Part shown: piece by piece, positions 53,901 through 64,000 of the stretch
Layout: each line of letters begins with the position of its first letter
How positions within the stretch are numbered: the stretch's first letter is position 1
NCBI GenBank assembly: GCA_030141605.1
Contig: JAQGDQ010000765.1
Coordinates: 36,123-100,122 of the forward strand
Source: Tubiluchus corallicola
Taxonomy: Eukaryota > Animalia > Priapulida
DNA length: 64,000 bases
Direction of reading: 5' to 3'
Notes under the pieces: model-generated
What the model saw: only the letters and a program-made list of their open reading frames with translations
Told to the model about the DNA's origin: nothing
Databases searched by the model: none
Made by a program: the position numbers and the translations under genes

Positions 53901-54639
53901 GCAAGGGTTAACAACAAGGACAAAGTTACAATGACTTTTTTGATGATGCCTAAGATAGACAGTAGTCGGGAGACAAAAAAGCAAAGTGAAAATTTAAAAA
54001 ATTAATTATTAATCATTGTTAAATGATTATAATAATTATGATTTTAAGGTCAAGTTTAATACATACAAATCCACAAATAATTAAATTTTGATACCAAACT
54101 ATAAAAACAAGAAACGTGGAAAGTTAAAACACAACCTGGAGTTGAACAGGGGGCCTTCTGCTTAAAAGGTGGATGCTTCAGACCACTAATAAACCGCTTT
54201 GGATAAACAAGAGAAGAAACGCAAAGCACTGCTAGGTGAGCTTCCAACTGTGATATTTATCTGTACAGAAATGATTCGTTACTCAACGCTTTTCAAAATT
54301 TTGATAATGACATATTCATCACGCACTTGGTAAATAATACTAACGTCAAATACCTTGATTTTATTTAACAGGAAAACATTAGTTAGCTCTGGATTTCTTC
54401 TATAGCTTATAGAAGAAAAGTAGCTAAATGTCAGTAAAAATGTACTACAGGCTACAGCGTCGGGAAACGCATAATGCTGTAAAACCAGTTAAATATGTGA
54501 TCCGTGTAAGGCACATTTCTTACGTGCATTAAAGCCAAGCAAACTTGCATCCTCTTGCGCATCAGGCAAACGTGCTACAAGGACCATAAGAACAATGTTC
54601 ATTCTTGTGTTCCAGAAACAGTAGTCCCCGGCTCCTAAT

Positions 54640-55730
54640 GGTGGAGAATTTTACACAGGGTTCCGTTTACACAATTTTTACTCTGGGTACTGTCTTCGAA
54701 TCGCTGTTGCTCTTCCTGTCTATTAATGATATACTCAGGCAGATTTCTCTGGATTCAAGGGCACGGCTGTTTGACGTTTAATTCATTTGTGCTGCAACAC
54801 TATCCAATAAAGTATATGAAATCGGGAAATCATTTGTAGGCTTGCGTAATGATATCCGCTTCGTGAAAAACTACAAGCAAACGTTTTCATGAAAGTTAAC
54901 TATAATAAAAGCTTCAGCAATGCATGGCTCTGGGGTGCTGTTATAATGACAACAAGGGTGATAAAGTTAAATTGAACTAAACGTGAAATGTAGAACTGGT
55001 CATAAAATGTGTTTGTAACCTCAACTTAAGGGCTAATCGCAAAAATATAATAGATAGAACATAAACAGTATGCTTAAACTATAATTTATTTTGTGATGTA
55101 CTGATATTTGTTTTTAGAACAAAATATTGAATATTCACATACAAATACCAAAACATTTTCAGAAAAGCCCAACTAACGATAATGCAAAAAAGAGAAAGAA
55201 AACAGAAAAAATCTGAACACTAACAAATTCAGTTCTATTGTAAATTGTTAGAATAAAAAAAATCCTTAAAATGTGATTTATTATAACAGGCCTACATACG
55301 CCGCGCTTTTTTATTAAAGCAACAACCTGCATCGTGATTACAAATTTACTGTAAGCTAATTTGAAGAACATTGAAGAGCTGAAATTAGTTTGGCTGTTTA
55401 CAGCACTAACAAGAGATTCTGGATGCAAGTTCAATGCTTCATCATAAAAAGCAGCCATTGTAATAAATTGCAACAAACAATACATGATTGCATGAGAGAA
55501 AATGAAAATTCTTCCACATGTTATTTTTCTTGCACAAAATATGAATTCTTTCTGATTTAGAAGCAGATTTTGTGGAGCAAACGTTCATATCTAAACTTAT
55601 CAATTTAAAAGTTGAATTTAAGTTGAAAAGTAAGTGGGTGATATAGGAATCATTAGCCCTAAAGTTAGAATTCCGCAGGGTACCGTCTTCAGTTCACTGT
55701 TGTTCTTCCTGTCCATAAGTGGAAATGCAG
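54640..55730 (+). mobile_element. Two short remnants of LINE RT motif B (LGTVFESLLLFLSINDI; IPQGTVFSSLLFFLSIS)
   Basis: Resemble GVPQGTVLGPLLFLIYINDL at ~54680 and ~55670. Confidence 0.5.
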
Positions 55731-58700
55731 GCATGCGTGCTGTCATTCCCTGCCTCTTCCCTACCGAAATGTTTGAGTATCTGGCCAAATTTAATTAGAC
55801 GTGCCCAATATTCCCTGGTTCGGTACCTTTCGCTCGGATAAAGTACGCAACGAAGGACTGCGGTCAAGTTATTTCATACAAAAGCTCTGTCCCGACTAGT
55901 ATGAAATGCGGTCGAACGCAATGCAGAAAACGAAAATTAATAAAAAAAATTATACCTTGTGGAACAATTTTAAAGTACCTCTTTGCTATACTTAACAAAC
56001 TTTACTCGGATGTCCTTGGCCACACTAAATTCCCACCACGTGATGCAACCATACCGCCACGAGAGGCGCATCGCAGCTACATGTTCAATGGCCCCATTGG
56101 CAGGGTTTTTTTTATTAATAAAGTGTAATGTTCTTTACATTTGAAAAAAGGTTTTACATTTTCTAGGATACAAAGATAGCAGAATGTACTTGATTTACCA
56201 TCCAGTTTTTATTTTTATTTTTTTATTTATTTTCTTGCGCTTTTGTTTCTTTACCACATGGCAAACGCATAGGGCCAGAGCCATAGAACACGCTTCACAG
56301 ATAGGAGATAATGTTTATTACCACCGGAACAAAGGTACGGCGCTGGCAGGTTTTTTTCTTTTGTTACTCTGCATCTCTACCTACGTTCTTGAGGTAGGGC
56401 CGCAATTTTTGGTAAATGGCGCAGTCACGACGTGATGCAACTGATAGCTTAAAGCTTAAATTTACGTTAGAGTCTTTAAATTAGACAATGGTTGTTTTCG
56501 GAAATAGGCATAAACTTTCTGAGCTTCTTACAAATTGTTTTTCTGAAATCAGTACAAACTGTGACTCTAACAAGCGTTCTATGTTTTTGGCGAAATATAG
56601 CATCGCATTTCCCATATTGAAATTTATTTCCATTTTTATTCTGTAATTCAATAGGCACGTGAACTGTTTAGCTGAGTCAGTAATTGATCTTGCATTAGCT
56701 TTAGCAACCTGGGTGTTGTTATTGCCCCATGAGTAAAACGCCATTAATAGAAATAAACAGAGATTGGGAAATGTAAAAGTGGCGGCATTAAAAATTTACT
56801 CTGGTTATCACTAGCATGAAGCAAATCTGCACCATTAAAAATTTATGGCCGCGCGGTAAACGGCTGTAAGGGAATCAACGTCAAACCTCGTAAAATGGTG
56901 AGATATAAAACCACCCTATACTTAAAGGAAAACAGGACGATATTTAGAAAGCAGTGATTTTTAACTTAAAATATGCATTTTTATCCATAATAATTGCCTA
57001 CTATTTTTTATAAATATGGTAAGTGCAATCAGCGGTAACAGCGCATTTATTAAACAAGACAAGAATCGGTGTATAATTGCGCCTTTGCGAAAATTCTAGC
57101 ACACAGTTGTGTCATAACGACGAGAAACACAAAAACTGGGCAAATTATTAATTTCATAAATTCAAATTTCAATTTCGTTGTTGGTCTAATTCATAAACTG
57201 AGGCCGTGCTAACGTAAAGACTGGTCTGTCTACCGTCTAATGACAGTATATTGCTTATTATAGCGAAAAGCGAATGTTCCCAAGAAGAAAGCCCTGTTGA
57301 TCAGGAATGTTTGTGAACGTATAACATGGAAAAACGAAACAAATTAGGTCTCCGATTTAAACTCTTCAATCGCGGAGAAGTGCTCAGCACTTCTCTGATA
57401 TACAAAAAGCTCCAAGGAGTAGTATGGCACTCATTTTCGTCAATTTCTGTTCTATGTGAAACACAGTCGAGTTTGTCATGCTTGCCGTTTCCCTAGAAGC
57501 CTTCCCCATTACAAGCGAATTCAAAAACCGCTATTAGGCGCTGATGTCGCTGACGTGGTGAAATATTGGAAGAGATTCTGTTTCTCAAACCAGAAGATAC
57601 AAATTTCACCATTATGCCATCTGTTCCATACAAACTTTGTTTTTTTTTGCTAAATAAAAACGTCCTGTTCACGTATCACCAAATAGTTCAGATTGGACAA
57701 ACGATCTTGGACGTAGCAAGCAAACGTCTGCCCCCAGTCTCCACCTAGTAATACTTCCCAAATACCTCCAAAAATATATAATAATTACCTTTAGGTAACT
57801 TTGTAATAAAAAATTATATTCTAGATGTAGTGTAGCTTTGTTCCCATAATGGTTAACCTAATTATCCCTATATTTAAAAATGTTCAACTATCAGGTTAGA
57901 TGTTAACAGCATACTGCAGCTAAAAATAATAATAGTAGTCTCCAGTTAGCATACCTTATAGCTACCAACATTTGTTAGGTTTCCCTAAGCGAATATATTT
58001 TTGCCTATGAAGACAACGTCAGATCAATAAAACAAGACAAACAGCGTATAAGTTAGTATCAAAGATGGAAATTTACAAGTATGTAGTGGTACAAGTTAAA
58101 TTAGAAAAAAAATGAAAAAAAATCGAAATGAGTTTACCAAAAACCAGCTAACGCAGAAAACCAGGCAAAGCGGAGCAGCCATAATGTACACTGCAGCAAG
58201 GGCAAGTTTGACAGAACCCATACCAACACTTATAAAACACCTATCAGGCAACTAAAACAACACCAGCATCATCCTGTAACGATTAGACCCATCAATGTTC
58301 ATGAGCATGGTATTATATATGTATTAAGAGTGGGGCTGCAAGTGCGAATGTGCACTTCCTAAAGGGAAGCAGAATGAAATGTATATTGCTCTGTCTACTA
58401 CAGTAAATGATGTTTCAGAAGACTTGCTATCCAAATAACCCCACATTGCATTTGTTAATAATACAGAGCTGATTTCTTGTGCGCCTTAATACGGAGTAGC
58501 AAATGTCTCCTATATACGTAGACTCTTAGCTAGGACAGGTGTATCTGTAACCACTACACGAAGAGCTCGAGTCATCACGTATCATCACGTATCAGTTGAA
58601 ACATCGGCTATCGGTTTTTTTAACAGGACAGGACAATTTTCGTGACTTTGTGTCTGTGGCATGATGGAGCATCAAACAGTCTAACATTTGATACTAGACT

Positions 58701-60829
58701 GTAACCTTGTAAGCCAAGAAAAGAGACTAAACCTCGAAACAGAATTAGCGGATGCATATTACATATATCTACATATTAAGAAGGCAATCTTTAATTGACT
58801 CCCTTTTAAATATTGTAAATGAAAATCTTATTATTGACATTATGTTGTAATATCTAAACGTCTAGTTGATTTGCAAAATTTAGTTCATTTTATTGCTGCA
58901 CTGAAATTTTCAATGATACAGCTTATATGCAAACTAAGTATACATGTGCTCAAATAGAGATAAATATTCTCTATAATCATTTTGATAATATCAGTTTAAG
59001 TTAATTAGCAAGTTGGCAGATTGTTTAATCATTTTAGTAGCGGTAAATGTATTTTTCTGGTTATAATTTTTGACAATCTTGGTAACATCGTATTAGCTAC
59101 ACATATATTTAACATTGTGTCATTAATTTATCTATTCTTTTTTGTTTCAGCCACCTACTGATTATAATAAATATATGAAACTCTTTTTCTGTACATATAT
59201 GTGTATGTGTACACGTGTGTATATGTATATATAACACACATATGTGTATATATACACATATACATGTACATATACATATATATGTACAGAAAAAGATTCT
59301 CTTAACAAAAGTGCTGTTAAGAGAATCATTTTTTGTACTACATATATGTACACTTTTGTCGCTATATCATCATAAAATTATTAAAGGCGTCACATTATCC
59401 AGAAATGATTCTGGGTGACTACGATAGATGCAGCTTTTCATAATAAGATCTAATTATTTCACTAAACTCATGCCTTGCACATCAAAACAAAACCCCACAT
59501 CTGTTGCAATTAATCACGGAAGTGTAAAAAGTGGTACTAAAGTGGAATTAACCAAACCAATCCAGATTCAGTCTTCCGTGGTTTCGTCTCGAGCTAACAA
59601 TACAACAAACATAACAAACAGTGTACGTGGCAGCAACCGTCACCGTCATCTGTCGCCGTTGTTTTCTGTAACGTACTTTCTCAATTCGTGGATTTCTGTT
59701 TTTTCGTACGTCCTTTCTCCCTCCTTGTTTTCCATTTTGCCTTTTCCATCCATCCAGTTGCGTCAGTTCTACAGCAGCTTGTTGTTCCGCACTCATTTGT
59801 ACGTCGTTTCTTCGGCGTTACAGGCGCTTCAACTATCTAAATGCGATAATAATAATTGTTCTCTGGTTCGCGCCATGTAAATGATTTCTATGCTAATAGT
59901 AATACATTGGTTTGTTGAGTAGGAAGCGTTGTGCAGTCTTACTTACAGAGCCACTCATCTTTCAATCTGCAGCGAGATCAATACTTGGAGTGAGGAGCTA
60001 AGGAGCTTGAATTAACAGCCTGACAAGTCGCTTTTACGCTCTAAGGGCAACTCCAAACAGGGCACTTCATAGTGATTCAATACCTGAAGTGCGGTGGCTG
60101 ACAGCAGAACTGTAGGAAGGGTACTTTCGACAAAGATGTAAAAAATCTCATAAAACATGTTGGAACTATGAATAACTGATACTTTTATAACTCTCTCTTT
60201 TAGAAACGCCCTCTTTTGTTAACATTACAGTTCGTCAATCATCGGGAAGAACGCTGCTACAGGAGATTTTGTTCATAAACCTGTAGGAGGTATTAACGAA
60301 GCGACAAAATCTCACAAATCTTACCTAAAACGCATTACAGAGCATCATAGCAATACACAAAACATTACAAATTGAACCAGAAACCTACAACATCACTAAA
60401 ACACCAAAGACTAGCAGCAAATTTTCACAAAATTAAGACTGACACCCACAAACTATATACAATCTGTAAAATTAGCTGCTGGAATGTCACTAAATGAATT
60501 TTGCATTTTTTACCATAGAACGTGGAACATCATATGGAACATGGTACTATAGTAAGGGCCACGGAGCTGAGCGCTATTAGTGTTAAACTCTGTGTATGTG
60601 CTAGGTAAAAACATTCGCATGGTAACCGTTTGACGACTTAATAACAATGTCAATGCGTTCCACAATTATTGCAAAATGGAACTCGAAACTACACGCAAGA
60701 CATTATATATATATATATATATCTCTTATATTAATATTCTTGGTATATATATATATTTATTTATATATTTATTTATATATATTTATTCTTTACTAGCCAA
60801 ACCCCACAAAAAGAATTTTGTGCACAAAT

Positions 60830-62130
60830 CAACACACAACCCACACCACACCACTCCACCTCATCACACCACACTGCACCACACCATACCACTCCACCTC
60901 ATCGCACCACACAATACCACCACACCGCACCGCACCACACCATACCACCTACACACCACACCACCCACACCATACCACTCCACCACATCACACCACACTG
61001 CACCACACCATACCACTGCACCACCCACACACCACACCACACCACCCACACCATAATACTCCACCACATCACACCGCACAGCACCACACCATAACACCAC
61101 ACTGCACCACACCACCCACCCACCTACACACCACACCACCCACACCATACCACTCCACCACATCACACCACACTGCACCACACCATACCACTCCACCTCA
61201 TCGCAGCACACTGCACCACACAATACCACCACACCGCACCACACCATACCATCTACACACCACACCACCCACACCATACCACTCCACCACATCACACCAC
61301 ACTGCACCACACCATACCACTGCACCACCCACACACCATACCACACCACCCACACCATAATACTCCACCACATCACACCGCACAGCACCACACCATAACA
61401 CCACACTGCACCACACCACACTGCACCACACCACCCACCCACCTACACACCACACTGCACCACACCATACCACTGCAGCACACCGCACCACCCACACACC
61501 ACACCACACCACCCACACCATACGACTCCACCACATCACACCACACTGCACCACACCATACCACTGCACCACACCACACCACACCACCCACACCATAATA
61601 CTCCACCACATCACACCGCACTGCACCACACCATAACACCACACTGCACCACACCACACCACCCACACCATACCACCCACCAACCACACAACCACCACCA
61701 CCCACACCATAATACTCCACCACATCACACCACAGCACCACACCATAACACCACACTGCACCACACCACCCACACCATACCACTCCACCACATCACACCA
61801 CACCGCACCACACCATACCACTGCAGCACACCTCACCACCCAAACACCACACCACCCACACCATACGACTCCACCACATCACACCACACTGCACCACACC
61901 ATACCACTGCACCACACCACATCGCACCACCCACACACCACACCACCCACACCATAATACTCCACCACATCACACCACACTGCACCACAACACCCACCCA
62001 CACACCACGCCACCCACTCCATACCACACTATCCACACCACACCCCACACACCCTATCACCCCACCACACCATCCATAGCACAACACACAAAGCACACCA
62101 CCACCACCACACCACATCAAATCCACCACC
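60830..62130. repeat. Complex CAC/CACCA-rich minisatellite with higher-order repeats
   Basis: Recurring blocks such as cacaccataccactccaccacatcacaccacactgcacc; nearly G/T-free on plus strand. Confidence 0.96.
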
Positions 62131-62271
62131 TCACGTGGTGATCATGATGTTGATGATGATGATGATGATGATGGTGGCAACGATGACGACACGCACCAAC
62201 AGCACAGCATTACAACAAAACCATTCCAAACATTTTTCACAAAGTTGAAACTATGTGCTATAATATAATAA

Positions 62272-63074
62272 ATAGCAAAGGCCCCGCAAAAGATTTTGCG
62301 TAAAAAACCACGTGTAATCAATAACACGCGAACATTCTACCTAGTCCTCATTTTTAACACAAAGCCCGTAGCAGCTTTTACTGAATTACAGCAGCGTAGC
62401 AGCTTTTTGCTGAATTAAAGCTATAAGATTATAGACAGAATACAATGGATGACGTCACAACAATGCCTTTGCGTCAGCAGTTTTCTAAGCGAAAATTGCG
62501 AAAAATAGAACATCTAATTAACTCGTCGATACTCCTCTCGGTGGACCTGTCCTAACATATAGCCCACATCGTCATATAGCCCTGTTCTTCCTCTTTCTAA
62601 AGAGCTATATATCTCCTTCCGAGAGTCCCACCAGGCGCCGCTAGAACGTTTTTCCCGCAGGCTGTTTGACCGAAATTTCGAAAAAATCGCGAGTTGGGTC
62701 CGGGAAAACGCCCGTTGCGGGACGCCGTGGCCCTCTCGGGAATTCTAAATATGCCTATGACACCCACCGCTGAACGGGCTATCTATCCATACCCAGCACC
62801 ACCCTCGGCCCATTCCCGTTCTCTACATCTCAGGCGTATAACTTTTGCAAAAAACGGCCGAAAAATGGCCATTTTTGGAGGTTTTTCGCCCCCGTTCCTC
62901 GCGGTGGGCCCGATTCGAAAAATAAACCCCCAATGAGACGACACTAGATCGAGACCTTTCGTTTGATATATAGATCGCCGCAAATGGTGCCCTCGTCCGG
63001 GCTGTAGCCTCGAATCTTATATATAAATAAATATATATATTAAGATACCAAGAATATTAATATAAGAGTATAGA
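62272..63074 (-). mobile_element. Non-autonomous Helitron, copy 2 (3' CTAG mutated to CTAT)
   Basis: Colinear and highly similar to 18622-19469, same hairpin cgcaaaagattttgcg, 5' TCTATAC. Confidence 0.88.
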
Positions 63075-64000
63075 TATAGATTTGTCATTAAAATGGTTCA
63101 CTCATTATAATAAAATTGAGTAAGCCTCAGCGTAATGTTAAAATAACCACCCTGTTCAAGACAAATGCGTCCAGTGCATACTAAAAAAAAACTAAAGTGC
63201 AAAACTATATACAATAAATGAACATATTTACAAACACCATATTAAAATATTTTTACAAAACAATATTACAAAAGTACATTAAATTTAGTACAGGGTATTT
63301 GGAGAAAATTTTTAAAAAATCGGGTGGGAAGGTTTGGGAAAACACGGAAAGCTGTGGGCTTTCCACGAAATTTAACGAAGACACCTAAGCATCTAGCAGC
63401 CATCATCAAGTGAATTGTCTAAATATGTATTACGAACTTGCAAAACTCGGTAAGAGTACTGCGCAAACTGCGGGTAACTTATCACTCTAATGACGCCTCA
63501 CTCTGTTGTTAACCAGCCATCTTTTAGTTGTTATCAAAAACATTATCAAATTTTAGACTGTAGTTAATTTCAGTCACGTGCTCTCAAACTTATAAAGACA
63601 GGCAACAGTCCCTACTTCTCAGGAATGTATTCTGCAAAAGTATTGCTACGCGGAATCATTAGAACTATGGCAATCGGCACTACCTAATTATGAAGTTAGA
63701 CCAGCGATAAACTTGAAATAAAAAAACGGAACTTAAACTTGCCGATCTTTTGCTCCCTATTTGAATACCAAGAGCACACTCCAGTGCTGTAATTCAACGA
63801 TCGCATTTACATATGCTCACTTTAATCCAATGCTTGTTTATTTGGTTAATAACACACCATAATATAATAGAAGGCATCATACACAAAATATGTACACTAT
63901 TTACGCGAGACGCAAATGGAATATAGTTGTCATTTTAAAATTATTTCGGAAAGTAATGTCACATGTTTTCCGTTCACTTTTTTACTGCGTGTCATTACTG

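Noticed and set aside
59428-59880. 150-aa plus-strand ORF
   Set aside because: No recognisable motif; Ser-rich composition, no supporting gene structure
60676-62129. His/Thr/Pro-rich and Val/Trp/Cys-rich ORFs
   Set aside because: Artefacts of the CAC minisatellite

Overview
AT-rich animal (probably protostome invertebrate) genomic DNA. Positions ~1.5-40.1 kb carry the 5' two-thirds of a minus-strand voltage-gated sodium channel alpha-subunit gene (Nav1/para type). I traced 23 GT-AG coding exons by hand, all phase-compatible (4281 nt, about 1427 aa), from the N-terminus through domain III S4; the gene continues off the left edge. The DI (TQDYWE) and DII (CGEWIE) filter residues D and E are present. 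The introns hold two antisense RTE-clade LINEs, decayed CR1/L2-type LINEs, a non-autonomous Helitron, a minisatellite and many microsatellites. Positions 40-64 kb contain no recognisable host CDS, only possible 5'UTR exons, decayed LINE fragments, a tRNA-derived SINE and a composite Helitron. Most notable observations: (1) a tandem array of duplicated exon-end plus 5' splice-site units behind the DIII S2-S3 exon, whose use would truncate the channel; (2) an atypical HDV-like ribozyme fold starting at the 5' end of the full-length RTE; (3) a 21-nt microexon; (4) an apparent Helitron read-through capture. All calls are by eye, without database searches.
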